Source: Podarcis liolepis
Taxonomy: Eukaryota
Assembly (NCBI GenBank): GCA_965112155.1
Contig: OZ218114.1
Strand: one strand, 5' to 3'
DNA: 64,000 bases
Shown: positions 23,481 to 36,445 of the stretch, one piece after another
How positions within the stretch are numbered: position 1 is the first letter of the stretch
Layout of the letters: each line of letters starts with the position of its first letter
The notes under the pieces: generated by a model
Database searches by the model: none
What the model was told of the DNA's origin: nothing
Seen by the model: only the letters and a program-made list of their open reading frames with translations
Made by a program: the position numbers and the translations under genes

Positions 23481-25419
23481 CAACATCAACAATAATAAAT
23501 TTCCACTCTTCCTTCCCTATATTGGAGATCTCTCTTGCAGTTTCTGGTTGCTTTGCTAGATTCATTTTCATGTGTGTATAAATACGTATATATGTATTGT
23601 TTTAAGTTGCTTTGAATGTTTGGTTAAACAGAATGGTGGAGGAAACGCCATAAATATAGGGGCTGAGAGAGCAAGATCCACACCAGCAACTTCCAGAGGG
23701 TTGGTCTTTTCATTTCCTCTGCAAAACAGAAAAGAATCTGATGCCCGCCCCCTGCTTACTTCAAAGCAGACAGATTTATTCTTATCGGAGGGAGAGCTGA
23801 AAGGAGTGTGAATGTAAACAAACACCAGGGAGGGGCCTCAGCATCTTTCCTTAAGTTGCCAGTGGTGGTGCTGAGTCCCAGGCAACAGATGCTGAGTGCC
23901 AGAATCACCCTCTCCCCAAATTGCACACAAGCCTGCAGCTCAATAATCCAAGTGCCAGTTAGGAATGAGAAGGTCTTTGTTCTCAAGGTCTGTCAATCAT
24001 TGACTGCCCAGTCAGGCATCAGAAGAGGGGTTAGTTTTATGGCAAAAACAGCCCTGGGGCTCAGAAAGTCTCATTCTGTACCTGGAGTCTCAGGGTAGGG
24101 TGACCAGCTGCCCCCTCCTCATATTGTTCTTAGCCAGCACCCATCTAAATTAAGGCTAATGGCTTTATCAGGAGGAGTCTAATGTCTGACTGTTCCACAC
24201 ACCCCATGGATGTTGTGTGTGTGTGTGTGTGTGTTGCTCAGAGTGCGTGGATCCTTCATGGAGGCCCTGGTGCCAGAGAGTGGGAGGGCCATTGTTACAG
24301 GCTATTGATTGCCTCTTCAAGGGCAGAGGGAGACAGATGGCTCTTCCACTGGAATTGGCTCCGAGCAAAGCTAATGGAATGTGACCATGATGGGCTCATA
24401 AGTAGGCTGTTTCCTCCATTCTCTCTGCCTGTGGTGCCCCTTCCTGCCCATGCCTAGTGGGAGAAACCAGATGCTGCCTTTACTGAGTGAGCAAGTGTGC
24501 AAGGACCCATGTTCCTGTTCCCACCACACCCAATGGGGACCTCCCCTCTCTCTTCCCTGGCTGCTGCCATTTAATTTTCAACCAGGGCTGCAATCCACAA
24601 TGAGACTCTCTCCTGCGCTGTTGCTCTCTGGCCTGGATTGGCTCAGTACAAGTTTGTGCAGTGACCCCGGTGACCTTGCATGAGCAGAGGCAAGAAACAC
24701 AGATTCATTAGCATTGTTACAAGAAATTAAGCTTGCACGGTGGCCAGTGTCCACTCTAGGCTGGATATGAGTCTGCCTACTGTCTTCCTGCCCCTCAAGT
24801 ACTAAGCATGCACCCAATTCCCCTTTGCCTAAATTTGGTGCTTGCTGGCTCCTGGGGTGAGCACATGAAGAGCATCACTTTAGCCTCTCACTGGATGAGC
24901 ATATTTCTTCACCCCCACCCATGCACACACTACCTATTTTAACATCAGTCTTGGCCAGGACACTAGCTCATATGGCTGGGTTACTGAAAATCTGCAAGTA
25001 ACAAGTCTCATCATGTCTTCTTATTGTATATGGACCACCTTGGCATATACAGCCCAGTGCTAGCCCCGTTTGTGTGTGTGTGCACAGGCATAGTCAACCT
25101 TGGCCACAAGTATGACATTCAAAAGAAGGTGAGAGGCAGGGGGATGCCGGGTTTTGGCCACTGATATTTGAGATGCCACCACTGTTGGAAGCCAACAGGA
25201 AGAACTGACTTCAGCTTTTGCAACAGCACCTGGAACTGAGCCTGAACAGCCCCACCCTTAGGCTCACAAGGTCCTGAGCAAAGAAAAGTGCACAACGTAC
25301 ACCTGCCATTCAAAGCAAACAGCTTTGAGTATTTTTATTCCAACCAAGCATTATGTTAAATTTTATGGAAGTGAATTGCAAATTAAACCAATACAACGAT
25401 GGTGTTCTACAAATCTATG

Positions 25420-25815
25420 GTGTGACTGCACATGGACAGTTCTGGTCCCCTCACCTCAGAATGGATATTGTAGAGTTGAAAGGGTTCAGAAAAGGGTGAC
25501 CAAATGGTCAAGAGGCTGGAGCAACTCTCCTAGGAAGAAATGTTAAAACATTTGCAGCCTTTTAGTTTACAGAGAAGGTGACTAAGTTCAGAAAAAAGGG
25601 GGGGCATGATAGAGATGTGTGTAACATTATGCACGGAAGCTTTTCTTCCCTCTTGCATAATAGTAGGACTTGTGGACATCCAATGATGCTTGCTGGAAGA
25701 TTCAGAGCAAACGAAAGAAAGTACTTCTTCATGAAGCTCACTCCCATAAGTGTCAGTGATTCCCTCCAATGAATGGCTTTAATAGGGGATCAGATAAATT
25801 CATGGAAAATAAGAC
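25420..25815 (+). mobile_element. Degraded CR1 LINE 3' region
   Basis: cagttctggtccccTcacctcag..ggatatt..gagttg.aaagggttcagaaaagggtgacc; ggacatccaatga..; aaagaaagtacttcttc. Confidence 0.65.
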
Positions 25816-26884
25816 TATCCGACTAGTCATAGCAGCTGTGCTCTGCCTCCAGTGACTGTGAGTCAGTAATGCTTCTGAATTTGAGTTGCTGGTAACCTGG
25901 GGGGGGGGGGAGGCGGTTCTGTTGCGCTCACGTCCTGTTTTTGGGCTTCCCATAGGAGGCATTTGGTTGGCCAGTGTGAGATCACAATGCTGGACTAGAT
26001 GGGCCTCATTTGGCCCGTTCCAGCTGCAGCCAGGCTCCTCTGATGCTCTTACATCACTCTGCTGTGAACTTGGCCTGAGTACCTTCAGTGGAGCAACTGA
26101 TGGCTCTGTCAGGTTGCTTTTCTGCTCTCTGCTTTGAACCACAGCGTCCATCCCAGGCTCAAGCTAACCATGCTGTGCTTCTCCAGCACTAGACAGAAGC
26201 TGGGGGCAGGTTCATGACAGCAGCACCAGTGCCAGTCAGCCACAGGAGCACCCCAGACCTTTGCAGTCCACTTAAGATGAAGAATCCAAAGCCCTTTCCG
26301 GTGTTGTTCCCTGTGTGCTTCATGCACAGTCCATGGCGCAGCACTCTTCCCTTGAGGTGGCTCAGCCTAGCAAAAGTGCAACGCTGCAACCAAGCAGCAG
26401 CAGGTGGCACCAGCGTGCATGGAAATGTCTAGCAAGGGAAGCTTTTGAGATTCTATCTCAGAAACGCCCTGCTAGCTCAGATCAAAGTGGGGCCTCTTCT
26501 TAGTCCAGTATTCCACCTACTGGATTCCTCTGGGAAGCTCGCAAAAAGGGCCCCCGTGTTCTCCCCATTAAGCAACTGTTGATGCTTCCCAAAAGGGCTT
26601 AAAATGTCCCCATCCTACCCCCAATTTTGACAGTAGGCAGCTTCGCAGGCTTTGCGCTCCAAGAGGAAAAATGAATAAATAAGAGCAGCCCTGAGGCTGG
26701 ATCCAGCCAAGGTTCATCTTGTCCAGCATCCTGTTCTCACAGAGGCCAACCAGGTGTCTTTTCTGGGATGCCCACAGGCAGGATGTCCCCAGCCATGCTC
26801 CCCAACAACTGGTGTTCAGATGCATCCCTATTCATGCTTGGTTTGATTGAGAGAAGCATTTGTTCATATGTAACACTAGGCCAG

Positions 26885-27125
26885 CTCCTGCCAACCTAGC
26901 AGTTCGAAAGCACGTCAAAGTGCAAGTAGATAAATAGGTACCACTCTGGCGGGAAGGTAAACGGCGTTTCCATGCGCTGCTCTGGTTCGCCAGAAGCGGC
27001 TTAGTCATGCTGGCCACATGACCCAGAAGCTGTATGCCGGCTCCCTCGGCCAGTAAAGCGAGATGAGCGCCGCAACCCCAGAGTCGGTCACAACTGGACC
27101 TAATGGTCAGGGGTCCCTTTACCTT
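26885..27125 (+). mobile_element. Sauria SINE, 5'-truncated
   Basis: Sauria core and ACCTTT tail; TSD TAACACTAGGCCAG at 26871-26884 and 27126-27139. Confidence 0.9.
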
Positions 27126-27636
27126 TAACACTAGGCCAGTGGTCCAGCTAGCTTCCTCCTAGCATGGCAAAAGGGAGGGAGGGGGCAAGTGAAACTGGAA
27201 CAGTGCCTCCTGCTACTGATGTATTTATGTATTTTTTGTTGCTGTTGGCCTTTATGTTTTTCACAATGTGCTTGTATTCCTTTTTGGTATCCCCTATTGT
27301 CTGCTTGCAATCCTTTTACCGAAGTTGGTGCTCATTTTTGTTCTTCACATTTCGACAAGATCTGCATTTTCTGAAGAAAGCTTTCTTGCCTCTAATAGCT
27401 TCCTTAACTCTGCTCATTAACAGTGTTGCTGTCCTCTTGGCCCTGGTAGGCCATTTCCTGATCTCCAATAAGCATCCTAGCTAAGCATCTATTATTTGAT
27501 CCTCTTGGTGTTCCCTTTCATCTTCCTTTTTACCATTCCCCTCATTTTTGAAAAGTTACTTCCTTTAGGAAGTCCAATTTGACTGCTGAACTTTTTGGTA
27601 ATTGTCCCCTTTCCCCTAATCCTGGAAGAGATTCAT

Positions 27637-27768
27637 CAGGCTTCCCCAACCTTCGGCCCTCCAGATGTTTTGGACTACAATTCCCATCATCCCTGACCAC
27701 TGGTCCTGTTAGCTAGGGATCATCAGAGTTGTAGGCCAAAACATCTGGAGGGCTGCAGGTTGGGGATA
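27637..27768. mobile_element. Palindromic non-autonomous hAT-type element (URR1-like)
   Basis: Fold-back ccctccagatgttttgg.ctacaa…ttgtaggccaaaacatctggaggg; related copy ~50335-50470. Confidence 0.65.
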
Positions 27769-28403
27769 CATCCCAAACCAAGCAGGTTTTTTTTTCTTTT
27801 TCCAGAAATCAAGAGTGGCAAAGGGAGAGGGTCTTCTGCAGGCAACAACTGATGTTTTTTCACCACTCCTCCAGCCTGCCCTGTATGCTAGTCCTCCTGG
27901 TAGGCAGTTCGTTGCTGCCTGGAGCCAGCCAACCCTATCATACATTTCATAGAATTGTAGAGTTGAAAGGAGTCACAAGGATTATCTAGTCCAACCCCCT
28001 GCAGTGCATGACTCTTTTGCCGAACATTTTGTGTTTGAATTAATTATCTGAGGGCCGGCCCTATCATTTGGCAGCAGGTGCTGGGGGTGGCAGTGAGGTG
28101 GTAGAGGAGGAGAGAACTGTGTGTGCACCCCTTAAGCTCGCTTCCTCCCCTCTGATGCAGCGGAGGGCAAGATCTCCTCCCCCTCCTCTGGTGTTGAAGA
28201 AAGATTCGGCTACCAGAATGGTTGGCTTCTGTTTCTGGAACAGGGTGTGGGGTTGCACCATCTTGTCCTTTGCCTCAGGCAGAAAATTGTCCTGGTCTGG
28301 CCCAGAATCAATACCAGTGAACTGCTTCCTGAGGAGGTGCCACATCCCTTGCACTGAGGGAGTCCTATCTCAAAGCAAAGGAAAAGGGCTGGGTGCTTTC
28401 TGC

Positions 28404-28714
28404 AAGGTAAAAGGTAAAGGGACCCCTGACCATTAGGTCCAGTCGTGACCGACTCTGGGGTTGCGGCGCTCATCTCGCTTTATTGGCCGAGGGAGCCGGT
28501 GTACAGCTTCCGGGTCATGTGGCCAGCATGACTAAGCCACCTCTGGTGAACCAGAGCAGTGCATGGAAACGCCGTTTACCTTCCCGCTGGAGCGGTACCT
28601 ATTTATCTACTTGCACTTTGACGTGCTTTCGAACTGCTAGGTTGGCAGGAGCATGGACCAAGCAATGGGACTCGAACCGCCGACCTTCTGATCGGCAAGT
28701 CCTAGGCTCTGTGG
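28404..28714 (-). mobile_element. Sauria SINE
   Basis: Reverse complement of the 8042-8402 family; AAAGGT tail on plus. Confidence 0.9.
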
Positions 28715-29189
28715 CAAATACCTGGATGTTGTGCCAGGTTTGACAGAGTGAATGGTGGGGGGCTGCAACTTCTGCAAAGCAGTTCTGCCTCTCAGCTTTT
28801 TCTTACTTTATTGGGGAGAGAGGGGGCCCATCTGGGCACTGGGCAGGAGGTACCCTGGGCAGTGCAAGTGTTGAGGGTGTTAGCAGAGGTTGATTTAGGG
28901 GAGTGAGTGCAACCACTTTGGTTGCAATGCAAAGTGCCTCACAGGGGCTGCAACTATGATGTGGAATGTAAGGTGAGAGGCAGGAGGCCACCAAATTTTG
29001 GCATTGCACAGGGCACAGCTGGAATTTGAAAGCCCAAGGTCCACCACTGGTGTGGGGAGGAATGAGGGCCAGGCACCTTCTAGTCACAGCAGAGCTCACA
29101 CATGGAAGGCCTGGGCGAGACCAGCAGCTCCTACAGAGAGCAAGGGCAGGTAGGACAGCTAAAGCCCACAGAGAGAAGCCAGAGCCACT

Positions 29190-30891
29190 GAAATAGAAAT
29201 GATATTTTATTCCTCTTCTCATGTGGGTTTTGGGACACAACACAAAAATGCAAGTCCTTTATCACAGCAGCACAGCAGGGTTGCCTATTTCAGATGAAGA
29301 CACAACAGTGGGTTTGGCTTTCAGAGTTACAACACTTTTACAGCTGGATGGCTTTCTACCAGGTGTGTTAAATGGCTGTTACCAACTGCACACTACAGAC
29401 ACAACGGAGAGGCACATGGCAACAGACGACTGGTGGTGTACACACAGCAAACACTGGTGGAGGGGGCAGAGCAGGGTGGCCCGCTCACTCATTGGTGTGA
29501 GCAGGAGATGAGGCCACCTGGGTGGGAGGCAGGTGGCCCCAAGCACAGCATTCGCAATGCCCTGCACAGGCATTCCCAGTGGCCTAAGTCCATCAAGGTC
29601 GGAAACCAAAAGCAGGCTGTGCCGGGCAGAGAGTGATCCTCCTGGGGCTAAACTGTGCTGACTGAGACAGGGGCCAAATCCCTTTGCAAATCCTCACTGT
29701 CCCAGACAAGGCAGAGGAGAGGGATTCCCTCCTTCGAATGGCATGGAGCTGACTTGAATCGGTCATGGGGGCAGGGGCTCAACCTAGCATTGGAACAAAT
29801 TTAACAGCTGAATTTGCACATGTGGCTGCGTAAAGCATTGTGGAAAGACAACCTGGTGGTGACAAATTGATGGGGCAGCGATGGGGTGGAGGAGGCTGAG
29901 CTCTGCAAAAAATGCTCCTGCCTTTTGGTGCCGTTTCGGCCCTGAGACCAGGAGCAATTGCACACCATGGCTCCAGACAAGCCTGTGTGAAGTGAGGGGG
30001 TCACCCTTCCAAGGCTTTGCAGAAGAAACCTGGAAACTCTGCAGATCTCCCCACACAGTGGCATGGCTGGAGGGGGCTGGAGGGCAGAGATTTGCAGAGG
30101 CAGCACTCCCAGGTAAGCGAGGCAGTGCTGTTGCTGACATCTTCCTCTCCTAGTCATGTGTGGAGTTGGGAAATGAGAGCTCTCCCCTCACCCCTGGCAC
30201 AGAAATAGCTCCCTTTTCTGCCTCCTTCTGCTTCACCAGAAGACACTGGCATCTTCCCTCAGGTTGGCATCACAGTGGCATGGGCAGGGGGCTCCTCCTC
30301 ATTGGCCTTGCTGAGTATTGGTTGGAGGCGAGAGAGGACACAGCATTTTTCTTATGGCGAGGGGAAGGGGACCGAGGGGGGCAGGGCTGGAAAGAGAAAG
30401 TGAGCTGCTCTTATGGCTGAACACTGCACATTATATGCATAAATATCCTGGGCCAGATTCCTGCACCCTCTTCTCTCCCCCAGCCCCACTTCATTGCTTT
30501 GGCCAGCATCTGAGGTCATGGAAAGGTACAAGGAAGAGAAGTTACCCTATGGGGATATTGCACAGGCTGAAGGAACCTCCTTTCTCCCTCTCCAGGGATG
30601 GAGCATCACGTCAAAACAGCATGAGGGAAGTGAAGAGAAACAGACTCACACGACAACATCGAACTGGAGGCAACGGTCACCACGGATTAACATTACACAG
30701 GTGGACAGTATTGGCAGTAGTTGGGGGTGGGGGAGTTTTTTAAAGAGAGAACCGATGTTCCAGGACACAGCCCAACATGGACACAGAGCTGGCAGCATCT
30801 CCCTGCAAGGACCCAGGCAGGTCCTTCGCCTCAGCCTCTCTTCACATTGTTTGCATCTGAGGTCCGCTTGTCCGTTGTCTGGTCTCTAGAT
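29190..30891 (-). other. FXYD6: FXYD6 terminal 3'UTR exon (~1.7 kb)
   Basis: Acceptor ccttttttttctcctgtag at 30892-30893; AATAAA on minus at 29206-29211 with a downstream GU-rich tract; no recognisable transposon in the interval. 3' end approximate. Confidence 0.65.
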
Positions 30892-31530
30892 CTACAGGAG
30901 AAAAAAAGGAAGGAAAGGAGGGATGGCAGTCTGGAAATTTCAGCTTTGCTGGCGGTGGAGCACAAGGGGGAGGACACGCTGCCTTTCTAGGAAGGGGCCC
31001 AGATTGCGCATGCTGGTTGTGTCTGACTTGCGTGGTTCAAGATCAAGAGATTGCATCTGCTCGTTTATCTTAAAGACACACATTAGGAGAAGAAGCGGCA
31101 GGCAGCCGCCTGTGGTTCCCACACACCTCTGCTTGCAACAGCCTGCAAGGCCATTTCTTGGCCGGCTGCCAGGAATTTTGCATTCACAGCTATCAGTCAC
31201 TCAAACAACTTGGCAGGAGGGGGGAACCCAAGTTCAAGGAAAACACCATCTGCATGTGAGTGTGTCTCTGCCTTTGAGAGGGACAACATTCAACACAGAA
31301 ATCAGGCTTTGCAAAAGCAGAAATCTGCAGCCACTACTGGGGCTTAGATCAGGCCTCCATAAGGAGCTCAAAAGGAACATGTTCCAGCTCCTGGAACTGC
31401 GGCTTCCTCCTTGCTGTTCATCCAAGGCTCCTCCTGCCCCACCCCCAGCTCCACCCAGCAGTCTCTGGGAAAGGGTCATGGGGGGAGGTGGGGGTTGATG
31501 CAACTCCAGTGTGGGAGGAATACTGAAATA

Positions 31531-32341
31531 CAGTGGTACCCCGCAAGACGAACGCCTCGCGAGACGAAAAACTCGCAAAACGAAAGGTTTTTTCGTTTTC
31601 GAGTTGCCTCGCAAGACGAATTTCCCTATGGGCTTGCTTCACAAAATGAAGCTTGCCCCGGGGACAGCGGGTCTTCTCTTTTGAAGCAAGGGGCGGCGGG
31701 GAGAAGCGATCTTCTCCCCGCAGCCCCAGGTCCGGGGACAGCGGGAAGCGCTTTGCGCTGCCCCCGGACCTCTTTTGAAGCAAGGGGCTGCGGGGAGATC
31801 GCTTCTCCCGGTGCTCCGAAGCTGGGCGGGGGGGAGGGAACACCTTCTGAAGGCAGGCGGGGGGCGAAAGTCTTTGCTCCCCCCTGCCTGCCTGTCCCGG
31901 AGGGCTTTTGAAGGCAGGCGGGGGGAGCAAAGACTTTCGCCCCCCGCCCGCCTTCAGAAGAGGTCCAGGACCCCCTGCCTGCCTTCCCAGGGGCTTTTAA
32001 ATCGCCCCGGACAGCGGAGAAGTCCTCCGCTGTCCCGGGGCGATTTTAAAATGCTGCCCGCCAGCATTTTAAGATCGCCCGGACAGCGGAGAAGTCCTCC
32101 GCTGTCCCGGGGTTTTTTAAAATGCTGGGGGTGGGAAGAAAAGCCCTTGTCCCCCCCCCCAGCCTTCAGAAGAGGTCTGGGGACAGACTGTCCCCGGACC
32201 TGGTCTGAAGGCGGTTTCCCTAGGAACGCATTAATTGATTTTCAATGCATTCCTATGGGAAACCGTGCATCGCAAGACGAAAAAACCGCAAGACGAAGAG
32301 ACTTGCGGAACGAATTAATTTCGTCTTGCGAGGCACCACTG
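31531..32341. mobile_element. Tc1/mariner-pogo MITE (811 bp) with GC-rich hairpin/tandem interior, in FXYD6 last intron
   Basis: TIR CAGTGGT(A/G)CC(C/T)CGCAAGACGAA; TA TSD. Confidence 0.88.
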
Positions 32342-32932
32342 TATTTGCACCCCCATTTCATTTTTTTCTGCTTTAATTGGCAGAGTTGGGAGACAGGGCA
32401 AGAGCCCACTGGAAAAGGAGAAGCTGTAATTAGCGTTTGTTATTTTCCAGCTCAGGAAGGTTTCAAGCCTTGACTCTAAGGATTCATCCAGACTTCCTTT
32501 TGCACAGCCCTTTCCAGGCACAGCTCCATGTCCATGTGTTTCCCTTTATTGTCCAGGCATTTCCCCCAGAGAAACTCACATTTTACTGCTGAATCACAGC
32601 AAATGGCTATCCATAGAAAACCCTGGGGTGTCGCTGGTTTTGTTTGTTTCAGTATAAATGCAATAAAAAATAAACGAGCAAGAGAAGAAGCAAAAGAAAC
32701 CCACCCTCAAGAGATGCTGCCCTCATGTAGCCAAAACTGGGGAAAGAAGCCAGAAGCCCTCTCCAATTCTCAAATCACTGTAGCCACATTCCACAGAACA
32801 GAAATACGGTGAAGCGGTGTGGATGGGACAGCCTTCTGCCCAAGCTTCAGTCCACCCCATTGGTATTGCCACCCCATGCAATGCCACACAGCACTCACTT
32901 CCTCTCTGGAAAGCTCACCTCGTAATTTCTGT

Positions 32933-32961
32933 TCAGTTCTCTGCTTTTTGTGCTCCTGTTG
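32933..32961 (-). CDS. FXYD6: FXYD6 last coding exon (ATGAQKAEN*)
   Basis: Long pyrimidine tract + CAG; TGA at 32933-32935; GTGAGC donor 14 nt after the stop (exon ends 32919). Confidence 0.93.
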
Positions 32962-35807
32962 CTGCAGAAAAGAAAAGAAAAAAGACCATCTGAAAAATGT
33001 CCCTGACTCCTCCATGTACATTTTCTCCTTGTAAGGAGCACTCAAGTAAGCTGCTATGTCAGAACACAATATCTGACCACCCACTCCTTTTGGTCTGGCA
33101 CCTCCCACTGCCAGACAAAAGGGACAAGAGAGTTTTTGAAGACATCCCAAATGCCAGGCAGGGAGAAACTATTTCCCATTCAACCAAGAGTTCCTAGAAA
33201 ATTGGCCTTGCAGTTAAAGTGGTCTGTCTGCTTCTGCAAACCAGCACTGCTGTCACACAAAGCATCCTGGCTGCTTCCTCTTGCAGCCAAGACTTCTACG
33301 CACAAAAGAAACATTTGAGCAGACTGCAGGCAGAGTCAGGAATTCAGAGCGTATCTGAAGCGCTCCTTCAAAAGCACCCTTGATCAGGTGCCAGGAGGCT
33401 CTTCCCCACGCAGAAGGAGGAGGGACCCTCAGGAAGCTTCTGCACAGCAAATATGAAAGGCCCTTACCATTTGAGGCAATCAAATTCTCCCCCTGTGCCT
33501 CCTCATCTCCAGGAGCCCTGCAAAGAGAGACAGAGAGTGCAGTGGAATGGCCAAATTGCCTCGTGCCCCAGCTGGGATTAGGGGAGCAGGCAGGGGCCCA
33601 TGAATGGCTGGTGTTTCTGGCCACAGTTCTTTAAAGACTGTTCTCATGTATTTTTCCGTCTTGGGAATCTATAATTACAGTACATTTACAATTTAAAGAC
33701 ACCTAAGAAAGACACTTCCCATCTCAGCCTGCCTGAATCTCAAGGCCATCAGCTGTCAAGGCAACTCCTACAGAGACACCTGAAGCTACCTTTATACAGA
33801 GTCAGACCATTGGTTTGGATTTGATATCCCGCTTTATCACTACCCTAAGGAGTCTCAAAGCGGCTAACATTCCCCTTTCCCTTCCTCCCCCACAACAAAC
33901 ACTCTGTGAGGTGAGTGAGGCTGAGAGACTTCAAAGAAGTGTGACTGGCCCAAGGGCACCCAGCAGCTGCAGGTGGAGGAGCAGGGAATCAAACCCGGTT
34001 CACCAGATTACGAGTCCACTGCTCTTAACCACTACACCACACTGGCTCTCTGGTCTCCCAAGCGTGGTATTGGCTACACTAACTGGCAGCAGCTGTCCAA
34101 GATTTCAGGCAGGGGCTTATCCCATCTTCTAGCCCTACCTGGAAATGCTGCCTGGAAATGAATCACAGACTTTCTGCATGCAACACAGATGCTCGAACAC
34201 TGAGTTATGGTTTCTTCCCCAAATGTCTTAAGGGAAAGTACAAGGATGCTTTTAACTTTGCTCCCTGGGTCTAAACTGGATGTGGCATGCTGGCCTGTAG
34301 TTGCCAATGCAAGAAAAACAGTCTTGCAGGCTGAGGTGGAAAAGGAAGAGAAGTTGGTGTGTCTGGAAATTTGAGCAGAGAGATCAAAAGTTCTTCTCTC
34401 AGCTACTCCTTCCAAGGCTGCTTTTATTTCAGTCAAAAAACACACACTTGATCTAAGCTGGAGGAATCCAACTAGAAGGTTGCAGCCACTGTGGCCCTTG
34501 CTCCCTGGAATAGGATGTCATGGTATTTCAAGTTTCATAGGAGTAATGAATGGATGGGGGTGGGGAAGGGGCTGAGGAGAGAGGTGTCACCCAGACGGAA
34601 CCAGAGGATCCTCCATGCTGCCACATACCTTGGCTTTTGGTTGAAACTGCACCTACATCTTCTGCCTAGGAAAAGAAAGAGCATGCCATGAACGTGGAAC
34701 CAGAACCACAACAAAGGGTTGCCTCTGGAAATTGGGCAGATGTCCCTCCAAAGCATTACTGGGCATAGTTCCCACCAGAGCCCTCCTCAGTGGCAGGCTA
34801 TCTCCGTGCTGCTGCTGCAGCCCACTTCATCCCATGGTGGTGTATCTAAGGAATTCTTGGGTCTCTGGAAACTAGTGAGAACATTCAGAGCTCATTAGCT
34901 GAGCAACACCTGATCCTCTGTCTGCAGGAGCAGGAACCAAACCACTCCTCTCCCGTTCTTGCTACCCAAGAGAGAAGAGGGAGAAGAAGAGAGCCACAGC
35001 TGGGATGCAAGGCTCTGAAACTGCCTCCTGAGTAGGCAGGTTTCATTTAGGCTGTAGTAGAGGAACTGAAGGTACGGCATGGGAGGAGGGGAGAGGGAAG
35101 AGGTGCCACCCAGGCGGGGCCTCAGTGTCCTCCACATATGTCACCACACATCTTGGGCTTCGGGCCAGTGTTTTAGACTGATGGCAACTTTTCATATTCA
35201 GAGCAGCCCTGTCCCTCGCGGCAAATTTAGGTGGCGCTGTTCAGGCCAAGCCATTTTGCTGCTTGAGGTGCAGTAGATTTGGCGCCCACAAGCCAAATCA
35301 CACAGCAGCCAAGGGTGGCCAAATTATTTTGGCACCAGAGGCAGAAAATCCCAGAGGTCTGCCTTCCCCTCCTTGAGATTACACAATATGCAGCAATAGC
35401 CCATTAATAAGCTGACAGTTTGTTGCCTTTTTATGACGCCTTCCACTCTGCCACCTAAGGAGGCTGCCTCACTCTACCAAACGGGAGGGCCGCAGAGAAA
35501 TTTGCAGACTCACTCAGTATAAGGAGGATCCCCACAGTGAAGAAGACCACAGCGAAAACCAAGCCACCGATCCGAAGGGTCTGGTAGTCTGGAGGGGGAG
35601 AGAAAAGGAAGATGCTGCCCGCTGCTGCGTTTGCAAACAGGTCGCAATGCCCAGAAACACACCACACAGGAAAGGGTCTTAAGGATGCTCACCATAGTTA
35701 AAGGGGTCTTTTTCCTTCTCTTGATCAGTCACTGGAAATAAAAAACAGAAGAGCCCCATGAATATGAATCCATCCACAGCAAAATACATGAGAATCCATT
35801 TCCCCCA

Positions 35808-35839
<32 letters not shown>

Positions 35840-36321
35840 ATTTTCTGGGCAGAGAAACTGGGGCTTTTGCTACCTGGGGCTTAGGGAGTAGCCAATGGAG
35901 CGGGAGAGATATCAAGAGGATTTATTTCTGTAAGTGAATGCTTTGCAGGTGTTTTAGCTTTGAAAGCCTGATTACATACCCACGAAAATTAATTCAATAG
36001 CACAAATACCCGAGTCACCCGAGGAGATAATGCTTCACCTCAACGCTTTCATCACACAGAGAAACTGTGGCAGAATGAACCTGTGTGTGCTCCTAAAGGC
36101 TCAAGAGGCAAAGACCTCTCCCGAGTGCCTTGCCCTGTTCTCTTGAAGAGTCTCTTCATCAGGTGGCCCCTCACTCTCCAGGGATGGCACTGGCAGCAAC
36201 CTCAAGCAGAGAGCAGTGGGTTGGGGCAGCTGTTTTCATGAGACCCGTTTCATGAGGACCTACCATCCACCAGCATCACTGGAACCAGCAGAGAGCAGAG
36301 AAAGATCAGCCCCGTTTCCAT
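32933..36321 (-). CDS. FXYD6: FXYD6, phosphohippolin (spliced CDS, 6 coding exons, 95 aa)
   Basis: Exons 36264-36321, 35693-35731, 35514-35588, 34629-34665, 33468-33517 and 32933-32961 sum to 288 nt: [95 protein letters not shown]. Signal peptide, PFNYD motif and C-terminus match FXYD6. Confidence 0.96.
33468..33517 (-). CDS. FXYD6: FXYD6 exon ([17 protein letters not shown])
   Basis: 50 bp; CAG acceptor; GTAAGG donor. Confidence 0.95.
33814..34050 (-). mobile_element. Squam3-type SINE
   Basis: Highly similar to 20834-21069. Confidence 0.82.
34629..34665 (-). CDS. FXYD6: FXYD6 exon ([12 protein letters not shown])
   Basis: 37 bp; TAG acceptor; GTATGT donor. Confidence 0.95.
35514..35588 (-). 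CDS. FXYD6: FXYD6 exon (transmembrane helix)
   Basis: 75 bp, [25 protein letters not shown]; GTGAGT donor. Confidence 0.96.
   Translation of the reverse strand, partial: TTRPFGSVAWFSLWSSSLWGSSLY
35693..35731 (-). CDS. FXYD6: FXYD6 exon ([12 protein letters not shown])
   Basis: 39 bp; CAG acceptor; GTGAG donor. Confidence 0.95.
36264..36321 (-). CDS. FXYD6: FXYD6 first coding exon (signal peptide)
   Basis: Acceptor ctcctcag|cagccATGG (exon from 36326); GTAGGT donor. Confidence 0.92.
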
Positions 36322-36445
36322 GGCTGCTGAGGAGGAAGAGAGAAAGCAGAAAGGGGGAGCAGACGGTCAGACCAAGGAAGGGCCAATGGGAGATGTGTGG
36401 CAACAGGACAGTTAGCACTGCAGCAAGTCAGCCCACCCTCCAACC

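Noticed and set aside
26326-26345. REST/RE1-like motif
   Set aside because: About 5-6 mismatches to consensus; too weak.
31411-32473. 166-232 aa ORFs
   Set aside because: Span the GC-rich repetitive interior of a MITE; no transposase motifs.
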